A DNA stretch of 64,000 nucleotides from Pontiella sp. (GTDB lineage: Bacteria; Verrucomicrobiota; Kiritimatiellia; Kiritimatiellales; Pontiellaceae): assembly GCA_050290185.1 (NCBI GenBank), contig JBNKHE010000001.1, positions 514,713 through 578,712 of the forward strand, in the 5' to 3' direction. A program made the translations under genes and the position numbers. Positions within the stretch are counted from its first letter, which is position 1, and each line of letters starts with the position of its first letter. The notes beneath the pieces are model-generated. The model was not told the DNA's origin, did no database searches, and saw only the letters and a list, made by a program, of their open reading frames with translations. Of this stretch, positions 10,701-19,247 are shown piece by piece.

Positions 10701-10738
10701 GCCGTGGGAAGCAACCATTTAAAAGCTCGTGTTACCAT
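7715..10738 (-). CDS. TonB-dependent receptor with N-terminal carboxypeptidase-regulatory-like domain
   Basis: Signal peptide; plug motifs VRGLPDRY, LDQFPSALIESVQVTKT, GGSVNV; C-terminal aromatic residue (VKGTW). Confidence 0.93.
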   Translation of the reverse strand: MVTRAFKWLLPTALWLVAAGSYAQLGGIRGTVTDSDFEVPLPGVKIRVSETGQETQTGDAGSFYFEGVEPGAYTLLFSKSGYTRLTKPQVVVSAGQLAEIDALMAGEYEDMDELVVRDIQLGGASEIGLLNLRLESSALMDSVGADMMGQAGVSDAAQALSLVSGTTVQDGKYAVVRGLPDRYVVSLMNGVRLPSADPDKRAVQLDQFPSALIESVQVTKTFVPDQQGDASGGSVNVVLKSMPEDGLLKFSIGSKYKNSWPDDGEFLSYAGGGVGTWGLNDGRRDEQVAGTTWKGAVGTSRGERPDVYDWSLTAGGKKAFFDGVKVASLANFYYKTDASYTDDKRSDKWWVRNGQMVPFFSGSDNPLNNVASDYKTSLYDIKQGSSEVQWGGLAAVGLEVDDQTLSLLYMTTHVAEDKAIVAEDTRGKDYYVTSRVPGYDPMAMDDSPDYANAAPYRRSQTLNYTERDTSTLQLGGDHVLPVPEWEAGDWFSFGKPELDWTLAHSTSALKQPDKRLFGSLWNPGYREVIPGYRGAPPTTNTVDAGYYQDKPGSATLGNLQRVWKDVSEESDQYFLNLKIPFEQWSGEEGSLKTGLFSDSVERTYDQESYSNFGNPADNSINPYSGPKLPWSEYWTDQYPGPNDILYAATIDVDYEGSQDLSAWYYMAELPVTPYLTLIGGARFESTDLAITLINPEKDVLWVKPGESGASQLHAGDADVDFHQTDVLPSYGLQLKPLDTVTLRASYSETVARQTFKELTPIQQVEYLGGDVFVGNPFLQMSSLKNQDVRVDYAPYPGGLVSMSWFQKQVDQPIEYTQGYVANIEDYITAVNYPEGKLSGYEIECRQQLGQFWDALEGLAIGANATFIDSEVTLSDADAVELASAGYPEPKRAMMGAPEYLYNANVTYGIASSGTKLGLFYIVNGDALLAGANISEGYFPDVYAKEHATLNFTLSQKLTDHFSLSFKAKNLTDPEIQQVYRSKHLSGDTVKSSYTKGIEYSLGVKGTW

Positions 10739-11943
10739 GGATCTCCCAAACCGCTCTTGATTTCATTTATGCGCTTCCAGAGCACCGCATCGGGCTGCAT
10801 GCCGTGCGTAGCCATGGAAAGTAGAATCTGGCAAAGGTCTTCCGCCCGCGGGCGGGAGTTCGTGTTGACGACCGCCTGCTCGACGGCCTGCGCGTAGATT
10901 TTTTGGGCATTCGCTGCGTCGCCGGCAAGGGCATACGCTTCGGCCACGGGAAGGAGCGCTTCCGTTCGGTAGATATTGATGATATCGGCCTTCTTGGCAT
11001 TGAAGATTTCCTGCGCCTCCAGCAACTCGCGCAGAGCCGCTTCCCGTTGGCCGCACTTGATTTCAAGATTGGCAATCCGGGCCAGCACCTTAATGTGGTA
11101 TTCCGCAGGCCATTCCAAACTGTTGACGATCCCGCGGGCTTTCCCGGCCAACCGCGCAGCCTCTGCACCATTATCGTGCTTCAACGCCGAATCGATCAGG
11201 GAACCCAGCAAATCAATGCGGTTGAAGTAAGGGATCTTGTCCCAACCCGATTCAATTTTTTCTTCAATCAATGCACGTCGGGACGCGTTGTCGTAGAACT
11301 GGTCGTAGAGTGCCGCATAGGCGTACAACGCGCTGTCCTTCAGATCGAGGTCGCCGGTGTCCAGTTGCAGATCGAGCTTCCGGCTGTATTCGTCGAATTC
11401 GGCCTCCGTGCAGCGCATCGACTTTTGCAGGGCCGCCGAGCCGGACTCCGTTTGTTTCAGAGAGTTTCCATATTGGGCCGCTTTTTCCATATCGCCCATG
11501 GCCCGCCAGGTCTGGGCCACCCGGACCAAAACCCGTTCGCGGCGCCAATCCTGCGTTGCGCCGCGGGCGGCGATGTCCGCCTTCTCCAGCAACGAGGCCA
11601 CTTCATTGGTATATCCTAGCCCGACGCAGTAGAAGGCATAGTCGGCATACGCCCTGCCCCGGCGCCAGTTGGGAATTTGTCCGGCATATTTCAATGCGCG
11701 AGAGGGCTGATCCAGCTCCAGGGCGCTGTCCACCACCAATTCCTGATAGTGGGCGCGGTCCTTGATGTGCGGCTCCAACGGAATGGCTGTCGCGAATGCA
11801 AAGGCTTCGTCCAACAGCTCGGCCTGGAACGCAGCTATGGGCTGGTCGCGGAGACGTTCCGTTTGCGTTTCGACACAGCCGCTTGCCACGATCAAGAGCA
11901 AGCCCATCCAACATACTTTGTTCAATACATACATTGATTCCAC
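10732..11943 (-). CDS. Alpha-helical (TPR-like) lipoprotein of unknown function
   Basis: Lipobox-like LLIVASG-C, helical repeats, stop overlapping the receptor start. Confidence 0.7.
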   Translation of the reverse strand: MESMYVLNKVCWMGLLLIVASGCVETQTERLRDQPIAAFQAELLDEAFAFATAIPLEPHIKDRAHYQELVVDSALELDQPSRALKYAGQIPNWRRGRAYADYAFYCVGLGYTNEVASLLEKADIAARGATQDWRRERVLVRVAQTWRAMGDMEKAAQYGNSLKQTESGSAALQKSMRCTEAEFDEYSRKLDLQLDTGDLDLKDSALYAYAALYDQFYDNASRRALIEEKIESGWDKIPYFNRIDLLGSLIDSALKHDNGAEAARLAGKARGIVNSLEWPAEYHIKVLARIANLEIKCGQREAALRELLEAQEIFNAKKADIINIYRTEALLPVAEAYALAGDAANAQKIYAQAVEQAVVNTNSRPRAEDLCQILLSMATHGMQPDAVLWKRINEIKSGLGDPW

Positions 11944-11979
11944 ACTGTTTTCTTACCGCACACACACATTTATTTTTGG

Positions 11980-12013
11980 CAAAAGAGTGGTGGCAGGGAC
12001 GGTCCCTGCCACC
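11980..12013 (-). terminator. Strong intra-operon hairpin after the beta-helix gene
   Basis: GGTGGCAGGGAC-G-GTCCCTGCCACC perfect inverted repeat, followed by ACTCTTTT on the minus strand. Confidence 0.75.
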
Positions 12014-12041
12014 GGGGTTTCCAGAATCACCGGGATTCGAA

Positions 12042-13778
12042 CTACTTCAGAACCACGCGGTAGAATCCGGAGGCCTGCAGATCGGCGTCGCCATAGTTCT
12101 TGTAGGAACCATCACCAACAACGCTAGCCACGTAGGACCACGGTCCGCCGGGATTGTCGGAACCTTCGATCACGTATTCCACGCCGTCCTCCGACTGGAA
12201 TGAAACGACGACACCGTTGGCGATGGACGCAGCCGGAGTATCGCTGTTCATGCTGGTATCGGTCATGCCGTAGGCATCAACGGCGGTCCAGCCGGCGAGC
12301 CAGTTGTAGTGGGGCGAGAATCCACCGCGGTACGGAGCCGCAACATAGAAGCCGTCGGCCGTTTCCGGGTTGGCCACACTGGCAGCGGCATTCTGCGCAC
12401 AGGGATTGATGTTGGTCACCAGTGCAACGCTCTTGCCACCGCGGGTCACGACCGGTCCGCGGGTGAAACTGACGATCGGATCGTCGGTGGTCACGATGTT
12501 GTCCAGCGCCGGATTGCTGGCATAAGCGCCTGCAGTTCCGTTCAGGATGCCGAGCGCAAGCACCTGGTCGCCGGAATCATTTTCATTGACGTAGTTGAAG
12601 AGGCAACCCTTCATTTCAGCCAGGTAGCCGGACGTCTGCACCGGATACATGTCGGCGGCATCGGCATAAACCGAGTTCGTCCAGTTGACGGCCGGGTAGT
12701 TCGAGTAGGCCGTGGTCCACAGGTCCGCGAAAGCGAGCGTACCATTGTAGCCGTAGCCCTGGGCGCCGTCGCCGTCATCGCCATCCAAACGGATAATTTC
12801 TTCGCCGATGTCCATGAAGATGCAGTTGTGGTACTGAACACGGGCACCATCGCGCCACGTGGTAGCGCCATCGCCGGAGAACGGGTTTCCGATTACGGTG
12901 AAGTTGGCGATCTTGGTGGAGGTGCAGGGTTGTGCGTCGGAATCCTCGGCACCGTCATGCTCGAAGCAGTTGTCGCCAAGACCGGAACCCTGGGAGTCAT
13001 CCTTGGAATAGCCCTGAACGATCAGGCCGAACTGGGCCTTGCCGCGCCAGCCCTGGTCGATGTCCATGCTGTCGTCGCCGACATTCCAAATGCTGATGTG
13101 CTTGTAGTTGACCGTTCCGCCCCAGGTTTCAATCCCGTCGTCGACGTTGTTCATGATTTCAACATAGTCTACGTCGGTTTCACGACCGATGCCGCCCATG
13201 GAAAGACCGTTCAGCTCGTTGGCCAGACCAACCACCTTGCCGCCGTAGCGCAAGGAGAGGTATTTGATCGAGCCGCTGTCGTCGTTGTCGTCGTTACCAC
13301 CGTAGAAGGTATCGTTGGTTCCGTCGGCAGTCAGACCTTCCATCTGAACCGTGTTCAGACCGGTTGGTGTCGGCGTGTTGCCCGGACGGCTGCGTACGGT
13401 GTCGGAGTAAGCGCCGATCAGCGCACGGCCCATCAGCGTCAGGTTGCCCCATTCGTTACAACCTTCATGCCAGCTGGTCAGATTGTCGGACGTGGAGGTC
13501 ATGATGACCGGCGCATCCTTGGTGCCGTTGACATAGATCTTGGCCCCGCGGGACACCGCAAGCGATCCACCAACACCAGTCGTGCTTTGCACCAGCGTAC
13601 CCGGCTGGATCGTCAGCGTGGCACCGGCGCGCACATAGATTTGCTTGGTCAGGTTGTATACGTTGTCGGATGTCCAGGTTACCGAATTGGTGATGTCGCC
13701 CGTGACATCCACATTGGCCGCCTGCGCACCCAAACCGGCGGACAGCATGGCTGCCGCTATTATGAATTGCTTCTTCAT
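12042..13778 (-). CDS. Secreted Asp/Gly-rich pectin-lyase-like (beta-helix) surface protein
   Basis: AAGGAG RBS before MKKQFIIA; signal peptide; motifs YGGNDDNDDSG, ELNGLSMGGIG, DDGIETWGG, GDDSMDIDQGW; C-terminal GFYRVVLK. Confidence 0.8.
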   Translation of the reverse strand: MKKQFIIAAAMLSAGLGAQAANVDVTGDITNSVTWTSDNVYNLTKQIYVRAGATLTIQPGTLVQSTTGVGGSLAVSRGAKIYVNGTKDAPVIMTSTSDNLTSWHEGCNEWGNLTLMGRALIGAYSDTVRSRPGNTPTPTGLNTVQMEGLTADGTNDTFYGGNDDNDDSGSIKYLSLRYGGKVVGLANELNGLSMGGIGRETDVDYVEIMNNVDDGIETWGGTVNYKHISIWNVGDDSMDIDQGWRGKAQFGLIVQGYSKDDSQGSGLGDNCFEHDGAEDSDAQPCTSTKIANFTVIGNPFSGDGATTWRDGARVQYHNCIFMDIGEEIIRLDGDDGDGAQGYGYNGTLAFADLWTTAYSNYPAVNWTNSVYADAADMYPVQTSGYLAEMKGCLFNYVNENDSGDQVLALGILNGTAGAYASNPALDNIVTTDDPIVSFTRGPVVTRGGKSVALVTNINPCAQNAAASVANPETADGFYVAAPYRGGFSPHYNWLAGWTAVDAYGMTDTSMNSDTPAASIANGVVVSFQSEDGVEYVIEGSDNPGGPWSYVASVVGDGSYKNYGDADLQASGFYRVVLK

Positions 13779-13988
13779 GTAATCATCTCCTTTGTTTTTA
13801 AAACCGTTACGGTCACCCGCAGATTGATTCGTGGTTTGCCAAAGGGCCGGAGACGGCGGCATCTTCTGTTTCTAGCCCGTCCGGCTCCGGTCAAATCCGC
13901 TGAAACGTCAAAGTGGTTGGGTTCGTTTCAATTTAATTCGCCCCAGCGGATTTATTCCCTTTGACGCGGCCCATTTGGCGGGTTTCGT

Positions 13989-14048
13989 GTTTGGAAATGA
14001 TTAGAAGGCGTTATGGATGCCGTTGGGTTTGTGCGAGCAAACAGCAAG
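13989..14048 (-). promoter_or_regulatory. Degenerate candidate Pho box upstream of the uptake operon
   Basis: Plus strand: GTTTG 13989, ATTAG 14000, GTTAT 14010, GTTGG 14022, GCGAG 14033, GCAAG 14044; about 11-bp period. Confidence 0.35.
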
Positions 14049-14074
14049 CGTAATATTATGATTGTATGAGCAAC

Positions 14075-14103
14075 AAAAACGCCCCGTCCGGAAACGAGGC
14101 GTT
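14075..14103 (-). terminator. Terminator after the HMG-CoA reductase gene
   Basis: AAAAACGCCCCGT...ACGAGGCGTT hairpin with a U-tract on the minus strand. Confidence 0.65.
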
Positions 14104-14130
14104 AACAGTATCTTATGTAGACCAGTTGGA

Positions 14131-15162
14131 TTATTTACCGCGTTCGATGCGGCGATGGGCGTCCATGAGTTCGCCGGGGTTGGTCTGGGCAGCGAGGAGG
14201 GAAAGTTCGCCGCAAAGGACGGTGGCGGCGCACAGGCAGGCGAGACGGCGGGAGTTTTCGCCGGGTTCGCGGGCTTCAACGAGTCCCATCCGCTTCATGT
14301 TTTCCAAAACAAAATCGAGTCCCTTGCCGTTGCCGACGGTGCCGACGATGAGATTGGGCAGCGTGACAGAAAAATAGAGATCCCCGCCCCGCTCTTCAGC
14401 CATGGTGAGCCCCTGCGAGCCTTCGACAATGTTGGCGGCATCCTGTCCGGTGGCGAGATAGAAGCCCAGCAGCATGTTGGCGAAGTGGGCGTTGGCGCTG
14501 CGCAATCCGCCGGCGAGCATGGTTCCAATGAGGTTCTTGCGGATATTGAGCTGGACGATCTGCTCCGGCGTGGTCTTGAGGTAGCGCTTGCAGAGCTTTT
14601 TCGGGATGGTCAGCTCGGCGACAACGTATTTTCCGCGCCCGAGGATGCCGTTGACGGCGGTAGCTTTCTTGTCGGAGCAATAGTTGCCGGAAATCGAGCC
14701 GTATTTGAGTTCGGAATGGTATTCGAGAATATGGTTCATCAGCGCTTCGGCCGCCTGGGTGCACATGTTGTGGCCGGAGGCATCGCCGGTGGTAAATTCG
14801 AAACGGATGAAAAGGAGGTTGCCGGCAATCTGGCTATGCAGGTCAATCAGCTTGGCAAAGCGGCTGGTTCCTTCGACAATTTCCTGCAGCTTCGGCATTC
14901 CGCTCTTGATGCTCTGCAACGCCAGCACAGCGGCGGTGGCATCGGGGGCCTCGAATAGCACGGAGCGGGTCATACGTTCGTCGACGACCGTGCATTGAAT
15001 CCCCTTTTCGCAATTCATCGAAACGCGTGCTCCGCGGTTGACCGATGGCCACAGCGGCGTCTCATAGGTCGCCAACGGCACCTCGTAGTCGCCTTCGATG
15101 ACGGGACCGGAAATCTTCAGCGGGCCGACAAACTGCATGGGGATCTGCGCATATTCGCTCAT
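14131..15162 (-). CDS. hmgA: Hydroxymethylglutaryl-CoA reductase (class I-like, catalytic domain only)
   Basis: PLATYE, TGDASGHNM, NYCSDKK, GQDAAN and GELSLLAAQ...H motifs. GGAG RBS before MSEYAQ. Confidence 0.92.
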   Translation of the reverse strand: MSEYAQIPMQFVGPLKISGPVIEGDYEVPLATYETPLWPSVNRGARVSMNCEKGIQCTVVDERMTRSVLFEAPDATAAVLALQSIKSGMPKLQEIVEGTSRFAKLIDLHSQIAGNLLFIRFEFTTGDASGHNMCTQAAEALMNHILEYHSELKYGSISGNYCSDKKATAVNGILGRGKYVVAELTIPKKLCKRYLKTTPEQIVQLNIRKNLIGTMLAGGLRSANAHFANMLLGFYLATGQDAANIVEGSQGLTMAEERGGDLYFSVTLPNLIVGTVGNGKGLDFVLENMKRMGLVEAREPGENSRRLACLCAATVLCGELSLLAAQTNPGELMDAHRRIERGK

Positions 15163-15386
15163 GTTCAACTCCTTGGGAATGCAACAGAATAGGTGCGGCA
15201 CACGATGGTTGTCAAATGCTCGACGTTCCTTTATCCGGCACCAGATGACCGACAACCTCACCTGTGCAGCCATGGAATTCCCAAGTGATAATCCTTTATC
15301 GTTGCCCTCGGTCCATCCTAGAATCCGGGCCCTCAATCAAGACAAGTCGACTATGTACGACGATGAAGCAGAAGGTTGGTTGCACA

Positions 15387-16112
15387 ATGAGTGAAGATAG
15401 GCTTTTTTCGGGAAAGCGCGATTTGATCCAGAATTTTGATTTTGGTGAAGCAACCGCGAGCGTATTCGATGACATGCTCGACCGGTCGGTTCCCTTCTAT
15501 CATGAAATACAGCGGATGATCGGGGATCTTTGCGCCGATTTTGCCGTACCGGGAACAAACATCTACGACGTCGGGTGCTCCACCTGCAACACCTTTCTGG
15601 CGATCGAGCAATACATCCCCGACGATTGTACCTGCATTGGACTCGACTCTTCCCAGGACATGCTCGACAAGGCACGGGAAAAACTGAACGCCCGCTCATT
15701 TTCCAATCCCATCCAGCTGGATTGCGTCGACCTCAACAATGGCGTAACGGTTTCGAACGCGTCGGTCGTGATACTCAATCTAACCCTCCAGTTCGTACGA
15801 CCGCTCTTTCGCGAAAAGGTAATCGACTGCATTGCCGCCGGAATAAATCCCGGCGGATGCCTGATCCTGGTGGAAAAAGTGCTGTCCGCAGACTCAACGA
15901 TCAACCGGCTTTTCATTAAGCACTACTATGAGATGAAGAAACGCAACGGCTATACCGAGATGGAAATCTCGCAGAAGCGCGAGGCTCTGGAAAACATCCT
16001 TATCCCCTACCATTATGATGAGAACCGCAAGCTGTTGCTCGACCATGGCTTCAAATCCTGCGACAGCTTTTTCCGGTGGTACAACTTCTGCGGGATGGTG
16101 GCGATAAAATGA
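15387..16112 (+). CDS. cmoA: Carboxy-S-adenosyl-L-methionine synthase
   Basis: FDF...VFDDMLDRSVPFY, YDVGCS, LTLQFV, KKRNGY.EMEISQKREALEN. Confidence 0.88.
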   Translation: MSEDRLFSGKRDLIQNFDFGEATASVFDDMLDRSVPFYHEIQRMIGDLCADFAVPGTNIYDVGCSTCNTFLAIEQYIPDDCTCIGLDSSQDMLDKAREKLNARSFSNPIQLDCVDLNNGVTVSNASVVILNLTLQFVRPLFREKVIDCIAAGINPGGCLILVEKVLSADSTINRLFIKHYYEMKKRNGYTEMEISQKREALENILIPYHYDENRKLLLDHGFKSCDSFFRWYNFCGMVAIK

Positions 16113-16243
16113 GCGATGACACAACGAATCCATCCGACGATATAACTCCCCTGATCCATCCAAAGTGAATGATCGCCATAGGCCTTTCCATTTTCTACGG
16201 ATCGCTCTGGATGTACGTACTTGTCATCCCGTTCTTCATCTAG
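16109..16243 (+). pseudogene. Small single-TM ORF interrupted by an in-frame TGA
   Basis: ATGA overlap with the cmoA stop; reads MSDDTTNPSDDITPLIHPK*MIAIGLSIFYGSLWMYVLVIPFFI*. Confidence 0.4.
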
Positions 16244-16378
16244 GTCTATCATCATAGAAGAAAACCGGCCGTTTGAAGAACCCCCGGGTAACGGCGTAGC
16301 TCCGCCAGAGCCTTTAGCTTACCAAATAATCATCTTTACGGCATTGAAGCAGGAACCCGTTAACGGCATATTTGTTTG

Positions 16379-18088
16379 ATGCACGTTAAATCATCCCCGA
16401 TAAAGAAGACAGGTCTTGGTCTGGTGCTTCTTTTCATGTTGTTGTATCTCCTACCGCTCAACGTGCGGCAACTGGGAATCCCCGACGAAATGCGCTATGG
16501 TGAGATCGCCCGCGAAATGGTGACCTCCGGCGACTATGTATCGCCCCGACTTAATGGCCTGCGCTATTTTGAAAAACCGGCAGGGGGCCATGTACTCAAC
16601 GCGGTCGCCATGGAACTGTTCGGTGAAACCAACTTTGCGGTGCGCCTGATGCCGGCCCTCTTTGCCGGTCTGGCCGCCTGGGGGCTGTACTGGCTCATGC
16701 GGCGGAAATATTCCGTTGAAATCGCGGCCATGGGTGCCCTGATCCTGTTGACCTGCGGCGAATTCATGGCGGTAGGCACCTACAGTGCGCTCGACAGCAT
16801 TGTCACCGGTTTCATCACGCTGACGCTCTGCTGCTTCTACCCTGCCCTGGAATCCCGCGGCCTGAAGCGGGCCGGATGGCTGGCATTGACCGGCATATGT
16901 GCCGGCGGCGCGTTTCTGATCAAAGGCTTCATCGCCTTCGCCGTACCGGTGGTAGTGATCGTTCCCTTCCTGCTGATCCAAAGGCGATGGAAGGATCTTT
17001 TCATTCTGCCGTGGATTCCGTTGGTGGCTGCCATCGCCGTATCCCTGCCGTGGAGCCTGGCCATCGCCGCCCGCGAATCCGATTTCTGGCACTATTTCTT
17101 CTGGGAAGAGCACATCAACCGGTTTTTCTCGACGGAACACGCCCAGCATGAAAATCCATTCTGGTATTTCATCCCGGTCCTCATTCTGGGAGCGATACCG
17201 TGGACCTTCGTCGCCCCCCTGCCGTTGCGCGACCTGCTGCGCCGCCGCATCGGCGATCCCATGATCCGCTACGGGCTATGCTGGATGATCATGCCCTTTC
17301 TCTTCTTCTCCGCGTCCTCCGGCAAGCTGGGCACCTACATTCTCCCCTGTTTCCCTCCCTTTGCCCTGCTCCTGTCGGTAGCACTGGCCGACCGTTTTGA
17401 ACAAAAAAACGAACAGCGGTCGTTCACCGCCGGCCTCTATGTTTTCGGCAGTATTTTGGCTGTTGCACTGGTAGCCCTGCCGGTTGTTGCAGTCCTGAAT
17501 GCCCAGCACAAACTACCGGAACTCGACGCCCACATCGGGGTCAAACTTGCCGTAGTCTTCGCCGGATTATCATTCGCCCTCGCTTTCTTGATCGTGGCCC
17601 TGCGTTCCGGAAACCTTTACCGCAAGGCGGCATTGCTGGGCATCTCGACAGCGGTGTTCTTTGTCTCCATGACCAGCTGCGCACCGACCGAAATCTCCCC
17701 TACGCTCGGCTTCCAGGGATTTCTTGAATCGCAACGCGCGAATGTCGGTCCGGATACCATCCTCATCGGCGACCCCAAGACCACCCATGCGATGTGCTAC
17801 GTATACAAACGGGACGACATCTATCTTTTCCACCGAATGGGCGAATTTGATTACGGTCTATCCTATCCCGAAGCCCGGAACCGGTTCCTTGATACCGACG
17901 GATTGGTAGACTTTATCCGCAACCGGGGTGACAAGCGGGTGGTCATGGCCATCAAGGCAGGGCGCGGCAAATCCACCAAGGCCCGGCTGCCCCGTCCCTC
18001 GCACCAGCAGGAATGGCTCAACATCTGGTTTGCCGTATATGAACCCCAGACTGTACCATCCCCCGCGTTGAACAAAGAAAGACTATAG
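16379..18088 (+). CDS. arnT: Lipid A 4-amino-4-deoxy-L-arabinose transferase
   Basis: [32 protein letters not shown] motifs; multi-TM. Confidence 0.9.
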   Translation: MHVKSSPIKKTGLGLVLLFMLLYLLPLNVRQLGIPDEMRYGEIAREMVTSGDYVSPRLNGLRYFEKPAGGHVLNAVAMELFGETNFAVRLMPALFAGLAAWGLYWLMRRKYSVEIAAMGALILLTCGEFMAVGTYSALDSIVTGFITLTLCCFYPALESRGLKRAGWLALTGICAGGAFLIKGFIAFAVPVVVIVPFLLIQRRWKDLFILPWIPLVAAIAVSLPWSLAIAARESDFWHYFFWEEHINRFFSTEHAQHENPFWYFIPVLILGAIPWTFVAPLPLRDLLRRRIGDPMIRYGLCWMIMPFLFFSASSGKLGTYILPCFPPFALLLSVALADRFEQKNEQRSFTAGLYVFGSILAVALVALPVVAVLNAQHKLPELDAHIGVKLAVVFAGLSFALAFLIVALRSGNLYRKAALLGISTAVFFVSMTSCAPTEISPTLGFQGFLESQRANVGPDTILIGDPKTTHAMCYVYKRDDIYLFHRMGEFDYGLSYPEARNRFLDTDGLVDFIRNRGDKRVVMAIKAGRGKSTKARLPRPSHQQEWLNIWFAVYEPQTVPSPALNKERL

Positions 18089-18089
18089 C

Positions 18090-19244
18090 ATGAGAGACCG
18101 TTTCCTGCCGTTTTCAACGCCCTCGATTTCCGAAGAGGAAATTGCGGCCGTTGCCGATGTGCTCCGTTCCGGCTGGATTACCACCGGACCCAACTGCGCC
18201 AAATTCGAGGACGCCTTTTCCGAATACACCGGCGCGGCCGGATCCGTGGCCGTCTGCTCCGCCACCGGCGGCATGCACTGCGTCCTTCAGGCGCTCGGAA
18301 TCGGTGATGGAGACGAAGTCATTACGCCCTCCATGACCTGGGTTTCCACTGTCAATATAACCTGCCTGCTGGGAGCAACGCCCGTCTTTGCAGACGTCGA
18401 CCGCGACACGCTGATGATTTCGCGCGAAACCGTTGAACCACTCATCACCGAAAAGACCAAGGCCATCATCCCCGTCCACTATGCCGGTGCGCCGGCCGAT
18501 CTAGATCCGCTCCGCCAGCTGGCCGCCGAACGCGGCATTGCACTGATCGAGGACGCCGCCCATGCCGCCGGAACTGAATACAAAGGCGAGCGCATCGGTA
18601 AAACCGGCACCATCATCTTTTCCTTCCACCCCATCAAGAACATGACCACCGGCGAAGGCGGTATGGTCTGCTCCGATGACGAGGAGCTGCTCGCCAAGGT
18701 GAAGTCGCTCAAGTTCCACGGGCTGGGCGTCGACGCCTTCGACCGCCAGACTCACGGTCGCGCACCGCAGGCGCAGGTACTCCAGCCGGGCTACAAATAC
18801 AACCTGACCGATATTGCCGCCGTGCTTGGCCTCGGCCAGCTGGCCCGCCTCGACGAATTCAACGCCCGCCGCACGGAACTCGCAAAACGCTACCACGAAC
18901 AGCTGGCCGATATTCCGGAAATCATGCCGCTCGGCCAGCCGGACTATGCGCATGCGCATGCATGGCACCTGTTTATTGTCCGTCTCGATATCGAAGCGGC
19001 CGGCATGGACCGCGACGCCTTCATGGCGGCGCTCAAGGAGCAGAACATTGGCACCGGCCTGCATTTCCGGGCCGTCCATCTCCAGAAATACTATACCGAC
19101 CACCTCAGTATGCAGCGCGGCATGCTGCCCGACACAGAATGGAATTCCGACCGCATCCTGTCCCTGCCGCTCTGCCCATCGATGTCGGACGCCGATGTGG
19201 TCGACGTGATCGAAGCCATCAAAACGGTTCTGAAAAAAGGATAA
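18090..19244 (+). CDS. arnB: UDP-4-amino-4-deoxy-L-arabinose aminotransferase
   Basis: [40 protein letters not shown]. Confidence 0.95.
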   Translation: MRDRFLPFSTPSISEEEIAAVADVLRSGWITTGPNCAKFEDAFSEYTGAAGSVAVCSATGGMHCVLQALGIGDGDEVITPSMTWVSTVNITCLLGATPVFADVDRDTLMISRETVEPLITEKTKAIIPVHYAGAPADLDPLRQLAAERGIALIEDAAHAAGTEYKGERIGKTGTIIFSFHPIKNMTTGEGGMVCSDDEELLAKVKSLKFHGLGVDAFDRQTHGRAPQAQVLQPGYKYNLTDIAAVLGLGQLARLDEFNARRTELAKRYHEQLADIPEIMPLGQPDYAHAHAWHLFIVRLDIEAAGMDRDAFMAALKEQNIGTGLHFRAVHLQKYYTDHLSMQRGMLPDTEWNSDRILSLPLCPSMSDADVVDVIEAIKTVLKKG

Positions 19245-19247
19245 CCC

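Noticed and set aside
12309..13964. 551-aa plus-strand ORF, and similar long antisense ORFs at 18501-20603, 50184-51578, 56594-58588, 58856-60883 and 60880-63114
   Set aside because: Antisense to well-supported genes; typical of GC-rich codon bias.
16166..16168. TGA as selenocysteine or genetic-code change
   Set aside because: TGA is an ordinary stop elsewhere in the window (cmoA, porin, pstA), and I saw no SECIS-like hairpin.
16300..16378. Pho box before arnT
   Set aside because: CTTAC, TTTAC and TTAAC are present but not at 11-bp spacing.
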